From: Spirochaetota bacterium
Lineage (GTDB): Bacteria > Spirochaetota > UBA6919 > CBDBPB01
Reading direction: 5' to 3'
NCBI GenBank assembly: GCA_965208615.1
Contig: CBDBPB010000001.1
Span: 192,001-256,000 of the forward strand
Length of the DNA: 64,000 nucleotides
Shown: piece after piece, positions 43,919 to 53,560 of the stretch
Numbering within the stretch: the first letter of the stretch is position 1
How the letters are laid out: each line of letters starts with the position of its first letter
Program-made: the position numbers and the translations under genes
Notes under the pieces: generated by a model
The model's database searches: none
Told to the model about the DNA's origin: nothing
What the model saw: only the letters and a program-made list of their open reading frames with translations

Positions 43919-44078
43919 AGTTTGATAACTTTACAGCCTTTTGGGATATATACCCCCTATCCATGAGTAAATGGACTGATCATCATCACCCATTAGGCAA
44001 TATTAAACCTATACTAACAATTATTGTCATTTTGAAACCCCATTCACCCATAATATAGCAATTTTGTCTATCTCACGG
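43919..44078 (-). pseudogene. Condensed relic copy of internal pcrA segments
   Basis: Collinear blocks match 41231-41253, 41279-41328, 41351-41421 and 41763-41782, including 26-nt and 20-nt exact identities. Confidence 0.85.
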
Positions 44079-44195
44079 TGGACATAATAATATTAATTAA
44101 AATAGCCTTTGTATAAGCAATGATTTATGTTATATTTTCTTTGATCAGCGTATTCCCCTTTATACCTTTGCGTAAAACCTAACTCGAGGCTAAAT

Positions 44196-44723
44196 ATGAA
44201 AAAACTATCAGAAAAAAAGCTCCTTAGCACTCCAGTGTTTAGTGTATACGAAAACTTGTATCACATGGATAAACACAATAAAGCTCACCCCTTTTATGTT
44301 ATCCACAGTAATGATTGGGTTAACACTATCCCCATAACCCCTGATGGACACATAATATTAGTAAAACAGTATAGAATAGGTATTGATAAATATTCAATAG
44401 AGATACCTGGTGGAGTAATAGAAGATAATGAATCCCCAATTAATGCCGCAATAAGAGAAACTAAGGAAGAGACAGGATATGAAGGATCTAAGGTAATAGA
44501 GATTGGCTGTGTTATACCAAATCCCGCTATCCAAAATAATAAATGCCATACCTTTTTAATAGTGGATGCTAAAAAAACATCAAATCAAAATCTTGATCAT
44601 ACAGAAGAAATTGAAGTGCTATCCCTGCCTCTAAATGATGTGTTAAACATGATTAAGACGGGTAAAATTAATCATTCCCTTGTGGTAGCGGCCTTTAACT
44701 TTTATCACCTTTATAATTCATAA
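44196..44723 (+). CDS. NUDIX hydrolase (ADP-ribose pyrophosphatase-like)
   Basis: VKQYR and Nudix box PGG.IE..ESP..AAIRETKEETG. Confidence 0.9.
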   Translation: MKKLSEKKLLSTPVFSVYENLYHMDKHNKAHPFYVIHSNDWVNTIPITPDGHIILVKQYRIGIDKYSIEIPGGVIEDNESPINAAIRETKEETGYEGSKVIEIGCVIPNPAIQNNKCHTFLIVDAKKTSNQNLDHTEEIEVLSLPLNDVLNMIKTGKINHSLVVAAFNFYHLYNS

Positions 44724-44786
44724 ACAATAATTTACCTTATAACATTTTTTATTATTTTAAGTATAAACAAATAACAGGAGCTTTAT

Positions 44787-45122
44787 ATGAAATTAAAAGT
44801 CATTACTATTATAAGTATATTTTTACTCCTTACAGGCTGTGAAATTACTGAAAGAACTTATTGGACCCTTCCATCTGCATCAAGAGTAACAATACCCACA
44901 GGTGAAATAGTTTATTTTAATGGTACTGTAAGTGTAAAGCTATCAGCACCACTTGATGTAATACTTGATGAAAATGTTGATGTAAGTACAACTGACTATT
45001 CTTTGTATCGCTTAGAAGAAAAAGGCTCCGCTAAGTTAACTGAGCCTATCAATATTGATACTGTAATATACAAAAAAGGCCATGTTGTAACATTACCTAA
45101 AGGAACTTTTATATATCAATAA
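44787..45122 (+). CDS. Small hypothetical lipoprotein
   Basis: LTGC lipobox; AGGAG RBS. Confidence 0.65.
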   Translation: MKLKVITIISIFLLLTGCEITERTYWTLPSASRVTIPTGEIVYFNGTVSVKLSAPLDVILDENVDVSTTDYSLYRLEEKGSAKLTEPINIDTVIYKKGHVVTLPKGTFIYQ

Positions 45123-45201
45123 CTAATTAAACCGTATAGCCTAATAAGCTGGCTTACAAGCAAAGGTTCATAACTATGTTAAATAAACTGCTCTAAGATG
45201 T

Positions 45202-46113
45202 TTAAATTGTTATAACCTTTGCACCCTCAAAGTCCACTTCTAAAAACCTATATATAGCTTTTAAACCCTCAGCTTTGAACGTATTAACCATAGAATTGGC
45301 TATCCTCTCTCTATCCTTATTGACTAAGGCAACTAACGTTGGTCCAGAACCAGATATAAATACACCTAAAGCACCATTCTCATAAGCCATATTATAAGCT
45401 TTTCTTAAACCAGGTACCAAAGGAAATCTATAAGGCTGATGTATACTATCATCAAGTAGACTGGCTAAGTTGGATAAATCACCAGCTTCTAATGCCCTTA
45501 TTAGCCTAAATAAACAAGTCTGACTTTTAATAATTACCCCTATAGGATAAATCAAAGGCATAACCTCCCTCGCCTTATTCGTGGATACATGATATTTAGG
45601 ACTAACTGCAACTATATCAACGCTCGGGAACCTTAAAGCTATAACTTTAGGATTATTATCCGTATCACGATATGAAAAGGTAAAACCACCAAATAAGGCA
45701 GGGGTAACATTATCAGGATGTCCATCTAAATCTACAGCTAACGTCAACATTTCATCACGACTAAGTCTATTCCCTAATAAACTGTTAGCACTATAAATAC
45801 CGCTAACTATTGCACTACTAGAACTACCAAGTCCCCCCATTAAAGGTATATCATTTTTAATGTCAATATGCAAAGGTATATAAGGCTCATTAAGCTTGTC
45901 AAATACCCTTAATATAGCCCTATAAACCAAATTACCCTCATCAAGTGGGATTACACTACCACCAGACCCAGTATAACTAATATTTAAACCATCATCCGAC
46001 TTTCTTATATCAACAGTGTTATAAAGGTTTAACGCTAAACCCAATATATCAAATCCAGTACCAATATTCGCGCTGGATGCAGGTACTCTTACTCTAAGCA
46101 ATTTATTCTCCAT
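45202..46113 (-). CDS. thrB: Homoserine kinase
   Basis: VPASSANIGTGFD, GLGSSS, GHPDNV, HQPYR and SGSGPT. Confidence 0.93.
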   Translation of the reverse strand: MENKLLRVRVPASSANIGTGFDILGLALNLYNTVDIRKSDDGLNISYTGSGGSVIPLDEGNLVYRAILRVFDKLNEPYIPLHIDIKNDIPLMGGLGSSSSAIVSGIYSANSLLGNRLSRDEMLTLAVDLDGHPDNVTPALFGGFTFSYRDTDNNPKVIALRFPSVDIVAVSPKYHVSTNKAREVMPLIYPIGVIIKSQTCLFRLIRALEAGDLSNLASLLDDSIHQPYRFPLVPGLRKAYNMAYENGALGVFISGSGPTLVALVNKDRERIANSMVNTFKAEGLKAIYRFLEVDFEGAKVITI

Positions 46114-46136
46114 AAATGTTATTTGTTTTTATATAA

Positions 46137-49100
46137 CTATTCATCTATATTAAAGTTAGCGGCTTTCTGCTCAAGCTCATGGATAATAACATTAACCTCT
46201 TTCCAAAAAGGATTATCTTTCTGTTTAAGCTCACTCAAAACCTTATCCACCCTGCAAATATTAATAAACTCACAATAATTTGCACACTCCTTAGGACTAA
46301 GATGAAAACGTCCAGAGTAAATCCAGTTAAGGTATAGCTCAACATAATAACTGGATATATCTCTCAAAGTTATACTAGTACTATTAGGAATGTTCTCTTT
46401 TAAAGTAATAGTCGTTTTTTTCAGCTTCTTGGATTCCTTATCTAAAACAAAATAATAACTATAATCTTCAAAGCTTCCATAAATGTGTTCAGCTATTATA
46501 GAGTATATTAATGGTTGAAAACGTTGTCCAGCTGTAATTAGCTCGATTAATTTATCCTTAGATAAAGGCTTTCCAGTTTTATAGTCTATAATATTAAATT
46601 TATCCCCGTCATAAGAGATATCAATTCTATCAATTATCCCCTCCAGCAAAATAAAGTGATTATCCTCCTCAGTCAGGATTTTTAATGGTATACCCTCTTC
46701 TTTAGCTAATCCTATCTCAAGAGCAAAAGGTCTAAATCCTATATTCTCCAATAAATCCTTATTAATAAAAATACTAATATCCTTAATAAGCCTGTCAAGC
46801 TCTCCCACAAGGTAAAGGTCATTAATATTATATTCACTTATAACTTTATTTACTATCCCTCTAATATGATTATCCATCCACAAATGGTTTTCCACGTCAA
46901 ATCGCGATGGATCACTAATCCTACTCTGATACAACTCAAATAATACCCTATGAACAATACTACCTTTTTCATGACTTTCCCACATATCCCTTTTAGGCTT
47001 TCTTTTTTTTAGACCCAATACGTAATACAAAAAAAACCTATAAGGACACTCCCCATAAACCTCAAGATGAGAAGACGTAACTATATTAACTTTATCTTTT
47101 AGCTTTTTAGCTAATAAATCCCTATCCTCTGTCAAAAAGCCTTCATAAGACGAAAACCTAAGTGATGACCTCTTACCCTCTATTATACACTTGTCCCTAA
47201 TTAAGTTAAGCAAATTATGATCTATATCCACCATCTGGATAAGGCGATTAAGGGGAAAGCTAATTTCAGCGTCTTCGTGAGAAAAACTATATCCCAAATA
47301 ATTATACAACTCTTCTTTTGAATAGAGGTTATCATCAACAGGCACCCCTAACTCCTCTATGCTCCTGTTGAGAACACTTATAACGTCATCCAAAAAGAAT
47401 GATGGTAAACTATCCCTGTTATCCTCATCCACTTTGGGATAAGATAAATATAACTCTCTTCCAGAATGTCCCAAACAGCCTATAGCCATTAATAATAATA
47501 ACTCCTCATGCCTTGCCTGCATATCCATTGTAGCTAATATTACCTCTGGATCATTAATCAAGACTTTTTCGTATTCCCGAATAAGAATATTTACTCCAGC
47601 CTTTTTAGGAAAGCCATTCTCTACTAACCCTAGTATGAAAACTATAGTAAATGAATATGTTATCCCATAAACCTCTTGTTCAGTAAGAATATTAATACCG
47701 TAACCCCTATTAGGAACAGGATTATAATAAGAAGTATATATTATATCCTTTAATATATTATAAAACGAATACAGGGTTATTCTGCCGTCTTTTATAATAT
47801 GACTTTGAAAATAAATAAACTCATCCAATAGCTCAAAAAACTTGCTTAATATTATAGAATCCCGTTTAGCCGTATCCATATCACTATATTTATAAGTGTT
47901 ATACAAAATTGAAAAGTTATTTGTTATCATCCTTTTTAGAACATCATAGATATCATGAATACATAACTCCTTATGAGGATAAGGAAATTCATTTATCAGG
48001 TCTATTACCTTTTCTACATAAGCAATACACATATCTATTTCTTCCGAACCCTTATCAAGACTCTCCTTTACGGATGTCAAATAACGTAATATACTAACAT
48101 CGCTATTAATCCTATTATAGTATTTATCAATATACTTTATAACAGTATTGGTGTTAATACCTTTTAGGCTAACAAGATCTACGTTTAAATAGACATAATT
48201 GGACTTTATAAAAGATATTAAAAGATCATTAGGAAAGTTCTTTATTTTGAGTTCCATAATATTAAAAATGATAATAATTAGCCTTTCAGACAATAAATCC
48301 CTATTAAATAAACCGTAATAAGGTAAGTTAAATTGATTAAAAATATCATTAATATAATATTCATACTTTGCCGGATTACGAACAATAATTGCAATATCAT
48401 CCACCTTAAGGGATGGATCATTATAAAGTAACAACTTGATCCTCTTAGCTACCCTAAGAACCTCGTCATAAACATTATCCCCTTTTATCAGCCCTATACT
48501 AGGGGGATTAGATAAAGTAATATCTTTATCCACAAAGAGATTGGATAATAATTCATTAAAAATAAAATAATCCTTATCTTTTTCGGGAATACTATAATTA
48601 TCATCCTTAAACCCTAACTGATCAAGGTTTTCTTTTATAATCCTCCCATTAAAAAACTGCTCCGGCCTATCTGGATCAAAAAAGAAACTTAGTATAATTT
48701 CAATTCCGTTCTTAGAAAGAGTATCAATTAGCTCTAAGTCCAAACCAGCGGATGAGTTAAAACTTAATAAAAGAATCTTTTTAGTCCTTTTCAAAAGAGT
48801 ATGTTTAAGGTTTCTATTAAGATGGGTTAGTATAAAGTAGTCCATATCATAAGGATCAAAAAAAGCATATTCTGACTTTAGCTTTTCATAACTGCTTATA
48901 ATACCGAAAAGTTCGTCATATTTTCTATGTAATCCATTATATTTACTGGTGACTTTTTCAAATTGGAATAAAACTTTTTCTAAGTCAAAAAAGTATTTAC
49001 CGTTATTTTTGGAATAGTCCACCTTTTTTAAATCGCTAATAAACTGAAATAAATACTTTATAAACCCTCTAAACGAAGATATATTTTTAAAATAACTAAG

Positions 49101-49419
49101 GCTTTGCTCTTCTAAAGCCTTTTTCATTATGGTTATACTGCCAGAAGAAGTTATTAATATTGAATCCTTAGCATTATTCAGCCTTATGTCGTTATATATA
49201 TCCCTTTTTAGACTGGATAAATCCATAATAAACTTTGTGGATAAAGCAGAAAAGCTTTTCATAAGATGTTCTTTAAGGTAGTCTATACTAAAGCTGTTTG
49301 GCAAAACTACTATTAACTCATTATGAAAATAACTCTCATTCAGAAGAGGCTTAATATGGTTATCTATTATATAAGAGTTTTATATTATCTGGGTTATAAG
49401 AATAATAATACTTGTTCAT
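46137..49419 (-). CDS. addB: AddB/RexB-like PD-(D/E)XK nuclease subunit with Fe-S staple (5' frameshift)
   Basis: CPYRFF, GSIVH, GIIDRID..IIDYKTG, QPLIY and C-terminal C..CEF..IC; upstream LIVVLPN joins to the ATG at 49419 on removing one base at 49378-49381. Confidence 0.75.
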
Positions 49420-49569
49420 TAGAACGATTTACTATCTGATACTTAAATATAAATGTTTATCTATCATAAAGAAAAATATATAATAATTTATTTTTAGTCT
49501 AATAATATATTATTTTAAATAGAAAACTTGATTTACTAAGTAAGCCTTATTAGTTAGAGTTATAGTAAA

Positions 49570-50247
49570 ATGAATAAAGTTGTACTAGAGTTTTGTAATA
49601 TTGGTTTTGGCTATGATAAACCCTTATTTAATAATATTAGCTTTAAACTCCATAGCAATGAAATACTAACAATATTAGGAGGCTCTGGAAAAGGTAAAAC
49701 TACCCTTCTTAAGCTTGCTAATCGCCTAATCGATCCCACTAAAGGAAAGATATTTTATCTTAGTAAAAACATTAATATAATTTCTCCATTAAAGCTCCGA
49801 AAAGAAGTATGTTATATACCCCAAATACCGTATATGACAGAGGGTACAGTAAAAGATAACATCCTACTGCCTTTTATTAAAGACAAATCCTATAACCTCG
49901 ACAATATAGTTAACTCATTACTTTTTAAAGTAGGACTAGATAATAGTTATTCCCACAGAATAGCTAATGAACTCTCGGTAGGTGAACAACAAAGAATAGC
50001 TATATGTAGAACTATGCTAAATAAATGTAAAATATTACTGCTGGATGAGCCAAGTTCTGCATTAGATTATAATAATACCCTAATAATAGTTAAAACTCTA
50101 AAAGACTTTATTGATAAAAAACATATTTCCATAATAGCTGTAACCCATAAGCTTAGTTTTGCAAAGCTTTTAGACGGCCGTAACCTTATACTAAAAAATA
50201 ATGGTATAAGTGAGGTCAGCAACCTTGATTATAACCTTCTATATTAG
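49570..50247 (+). CDS. fetA: ABC transporter ATP-binding protein (FetA/YbbL-like)
   Basis: GGSGKGKT, LSVGEQQR and LLLDEP; adjacent to fetB. Confidence 0.75.
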   Translation: MNKVVLEFCNIGFGYDKPLFNNISFKLHSNEILTILGGSGKGKTTLLKLANRLIDPTKGKIFYLSKNINIISPLKLRKEVCYIPQIPYMTEGTVKDNILLPFIKDKSYNLDNIVNSLLFKVGLDNSYSHRIANELSVGEQQRIAICRTMLNKCKILLLDEPSSALDYNNTLIIVKTLKDFIDKKHISIIAVTHKLSFAKLLDGRNLILKNNGISEVSNLDYNLLY

Positions 50248-50259
50248 AGGATTAGAATA

Positions 50260-51060
50260 ATGGAAATAGTTAATATTTCATGGTTACAATTACTTTTGGG
50301 ATTTATTTTTATTATTATTCCCCTTTTCTTTTCGCTATATGAGTCTCTTAACCTTGAGAAAACTATATTAATAGGCGTTTTTAGGGCCAGTGGTCAGCTC
50401 ATATTTGTAGGATTTTTACTAAATATAATTTTTGACCTAAATAAGTGGTACTTAATTGTTTTAATAATATTTGTTATGTTAATAATCGCCTCTCAAGCAC
50501 TATTTATACGAATAAAAACTGGTATTAACAAAACTTATTACTATTCACTAATTGCAGTATCAACGGCATCCATTTTGTCTATCTTTGTGCTTTCTAACAT
50601 AATTATAAACATTGATCCGTGGTATAACCCCCAATATATTATTCCTTTATCGGGGATGATAATAGCAAACGGTATGAATGGAGCAACCCTTGCAGGGGAA
50701 CGATATAAAAATGAATTAGTTCTTCGTCTTCCCGAAATAGAAATGTTATTATCCTTAGGATATAGCTCAAAAGAGTCCTCTAAAAGAGCAAGACAAAAGG
50801 CATTAACATCTGCATTACTGCCTTCTATAAACAATATGATGGTAATGGGAATAGTTAGCCTTCCTGGTATGATGACAGGACAAATATTATCAGGTATAAA
50901 TCCAATAATAGCAATAAAATATCAGATATTAATCGTACTGGCACTCCTTGCCACTAATATAACTGCATCATGGCTATTATTGTCCTTTTTATCAACTAAA
51001 CTTTTTACAGTCCACCATCAAGTTAGATATGACATAATAAACAAAATTAGAAATACCTAA
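50260..51060 (+). CDS. fetB: Iron export ABC permease FetB (YbbM/UPF0014)
   Basis: R..GQL.FVG, PQYIIPLSGM, GIVSLPGMMTGQILSG and YQI. Confidence 0.9.
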   Translation: MEIVNISWLQLLLGFIFIIIPLFFSLYESLNLEKTILIGVFRASGQLIFVGFLLNIIFDLNKWYLIVLIIFVMLIIASQALFIRIKTGINKTYYYSLIAVSTASILSIFVLSNIIINIDPWYNPQYIIPLSGMIIANGMNGATLAGERYKNELVLRLPEIEMLLSLGYSSKESSKRARQKALTSALLPSINNMMVMGIVSLPGMMTGQILSGINPIIAIKYQILIVLALLATNITASWLLLSFLSTKLFTVHHQVRYDIINKIRNT

Positions 51061-51070
51061 CTATCTACTA

Positions 51071-51763
51071 TCAACGAAAGATAGCCTCAATAACATCATC
51101 AGTACACTCAAAACTATGAAAAAAATAATCCGGCTTAGCCTGTTTTAAACTTCTTTCACTGTTTTTGTTAGTGCATACAACAATAGTCTTAACACCAAGA
51201 TGCCTACCACATTCAATATCATTAGTAGTATCCCCTATAATAACGATATCTTTACCAGTAAAACGATGTTTAGTTTTATCCAATGCACGCTTTACCGCAA
51301 TACCAGGTAGTTCATAACGATAAAAGCCATCATCTCCAAATGCCCCAAAACTAAAATAGCCTTTTATGTTAAAAGTGCTAAGCTTAATAACGGCACCCTT
51401 ATAAATATTACCAGTAAGAAGTCCAATAGCATTGCCATTAACTCTTTTAATAGCATCCAAAAGCTCTCTCACACCACTATAAATACCTACTCCCCTATCA
51501 ATAGTATAATAGCTCTTAAGATACCTAATATAACTACTAAACAACAATGGATAACTTTTATAAATCTCTTCTTTCGATAGGCTATCCTTTAACAGCTCAT
51601 ATACAATTTGCTTATCAGTCTTTCCAGCCATCCTAATAGACGAATTTATAGTCCTTTTATAAACCTCTTCAACTGCTTTTATAAGAGCTAATTTTCCATT
51701 CCCGTTGCTATATAACATTGTTCCATCAATATCAAATAGAATAAGTTTCACAAGCCTTCTCAT
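51071..51763 (-). CDS. HAD family hydrolase
   Basis: LFDIDGT, LLTGN, GAFGDD and IIGDT..D. Confidence 0.9.
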   Translation of the reverse strand: MRRLVKLILFDIDGTMLYSNGNGKLALIKAVEEVYKRTINSSIRMAGKTDKQIVYELLKDSLSKEEIYKSYPLLFSSYIRYLKSYYTIDRGVGIYSGVRELLDAIKRVNGNAIGLLTGNIYKGAVIKLSTFNIKGYFSFGAFGDDGFYRYELPGIAVKRALDKTKHRFTGKDIVIIGDTTNDIECGRHLGVKTIVVCTNKNSERSLKQAKPDYFFHSFECTDDVIEAIFR

Positions 51764-51843
51764 AAAAAGATTAAGATATTTATTATAAAAAAGATTTATA
51801 TAGTTTTTTGATTTTTATACAAAGTTAACAAAACAATTTTATC

Positions 51844-51872
51844 TTGACAAAGTTATAAGCATAGACTATCTT
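51844..51872 (+). promoter_or_regulatory. Putative sigma70 promoter
   Basis: TTGACA, 17-nt spacer, TATCTT before the gene at 51920. Confidence 0.45.
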
Positions 51873-51919
51873 TAAAATAAATATGCTTTATAATAAAATT
51901 ATATGGATGCTTTACTAAT

Positions 51920-52369
51920 ATGACCAACATAATAGGAAATATTTCAATATTTAAAAACTTTACCACAGAACATAAAGCTTATTTATATAAACTGCTTGAA
52001 ACTATAGACTATAAACCAAAAGATTTTATTATCCAAGAAGGCGATAGTGATAAAAACTTATATATAATCCTAAAGGGAACAGCAAGAGTTTTAAAAAAAG
52101 ATGATATGGGGGACTTTATTGATGTTTCATATATTACTCCGGGTAATTACTTTGGAGAACTATCACTAATAGATAATAAACCAAGATCAGCATACGTTCA
52201 AGCCGCAGATAACGTTACTATTTTAACCTTATCGCAACTAAACTATTCTAACCTATGTTTAAAGTTTCCCGAAGTAGAAGCACTAATGCTAAAAGAGTTT
52301 TTGTTAGATATAACACTAAAACTAAGAAATACCACAGAAGATGCCATTAATCAACGACTTTTAATATAA
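51920..52369 (+). CDS. Stand-alone cyclic nucleotide-binding domain protein
   Basis: LYIILKG..FGELSLIDNKPRSA phosphate-binding cassette; no HTH. Confidence 0.9.
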   Translation: MTNIIGNISIFKNFTTEHKAYLYKLLETIDYKPKDFIIQEGDSDKNLYIILKGTARVLKKDDMGDFIDVSYITPGNYFGELSLIDNKPRSAYVQAADNVTILTLSQLNYSNLCLKFPEVEALMLKEFLLDITLKLRNTTEDAINQRLLI

Positions 52370-52744
52370 CTAATCCTTTAGCATCTCACAATTACCCTCA
52401 AATGTTACTCCATCTGCAATTTTGAGTCTACCAGTTTTAATATTCCCATAGAGTTTGGCATCAGTTAACAGTTCAACTTTATTATCAACATCAATATTTC
52501 CTTTAACCGTACCTCCAATTCTTGCATTACTAACATCAATATCTGCTTCTATCTGAGCTTCTTTATCTATCCATAAAAACCCTTCACTAGAAGTAATTTT
52601 ACCTTTAAAATGCCCTTTAACTTTTAAACTCTTTTCAAAAGTAAGTTCTCCCTCAAGGTTAGTATCTTTACCAAGAATAGTTAATATCTCTATTTGATCG
52701 AAATCGACAACTTTTATTTCGTTACCTGTATTTTTTTTATTCAC
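52370..52744 (-). CDS. Bactofilin (polymer-forming cytoskeletal protein)
   Basis: TILG....EGEL.F...L.V.G...G.I..GVTFEGNC beta-helix pattern. Confidence 0.9.
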   Translation of the reverse strand: MNKKNTGNEIKVVDFDQIEILTILGKDTNLEGELTFEKSLKVKGHFKGKITSSEGFLWIDKEAQIEADIDVSNARIGGTVKGNIDVDNKVELLTDAKLYGNIKTGRLKIADGVTFEGNCEMLKD

Positions 52745-52828
52745 TTTTATCCACCACTATATTTATTTTTAATATAAAGTATTAAACATAACTTATTAGT
52801 ATAGCTATTTTTGGTTAGAAATATCAAT

Positions 52829-53056
52829 CTATTTGTTTGTCATTACAAAAACCCCATCCCAATCATCTGAAGGAGGCTCCTTAATATAAACCTGACATCG
52901 TTCAACATACAATTTGGAAGGCTCATCATCTGGCATAACCTCTAAAACCTTTTGAAAACCATCTAGAGCCTTTTTAAATTCTCTTTTTTTATAAAGCTCT
53001 AATGCCTTATTATACTTATCCAAAATACTAATTTTTATTTTATTCTTTTCCAGCAT
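52829..53056 (-). CDS. Small TPR-like protein homologous to an adenylate cyclase C-terminal tail
   Basis: ALELYKKREF..D.PSKLYVERC...PP.DWDGVF aligns with the 4867-5124 fragment. Confidence 0.8.
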   Translation of the reverse strand: MLEKNKIKISILDKYNKALELYKKREFKKALDGFQKVLEVMPDDEPSKLYVERCQVYIKEPPSDDWDGVFVMTNK

Positions 53057-53073
53057 ATTAGCCTATTAGAATA

Positions 53074-53097
53074 TGCCTTTGAACAGATTCAAAAGCA
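53074..53097 (-). terminator. Hairpin after groES
   Basis: Minus strand TGCTTTTGAA-TCTG-TTCAAAGGCA, 10-bp stem with one G.U pair. Confidence 0.5.
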
Positions 53098-53111
53098 ATT
53101 CTTATAAGTAT

Positions 53112-53378
53112 TTATTTAACAACTACAGCAATAACATCTTCCATTTTAAGTATTAGATGTTCCTTGCCATCAATCTTAATTTGAGTTCCAGCATACTTAT
53201 CATAAATTACCTGTTCATTTTTTTTAACGGTAATTTCATCAGAAGTACCAACAGCAACTACAATACCCTCCTGAGTTTTCTCTTGAGCAGTAGGAGGTAT
53301 ATATATACCTCCAGATGACTTTTCTTCACTCATTAACACTTTAAGTAGAATACGACTTCCTAATGGCCTTATATTCAT
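53112..53378 (-). CDS. groES: Co-chaperonin GroES
   Basis: IRPLGSR, GGIYIP, VVAVG, KYAGT and EDVIAVV. Confidence 0.95.
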   Translation of the reverse strand: MNIRPLGSRILLKVLMSEEKSSGGIYIPPTAQEKTQEGIVVAVGTSDEITVKKNEQVIYDKYAGTQIKIDGKEHLILKMEDVIAVVVK

Positions 53379-53560
53379 ATCCTCGTTTCCTCCATATATT
53401 TCCTATATATTACTTGTATATTACTTGTAAAGTAAAAATAATAAAAATAAATTATGAGTCAATCCAAAGGTAGTTAAGGAAGTTTAAATAAAATAATTTT
53501 TTTAATTTTATAAATAAAGTCTTTAAGAGAGTAAAGCGCTAAAGCATATTCAAAGCTAAA

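Noticed and set aside
43919-44078. pcrA copy as a diversity-generating retroelement TR/VR pair
   Set aside because: Differences are not adenine-specific, there are large deletions, and no reverse transcriptase is in the window.
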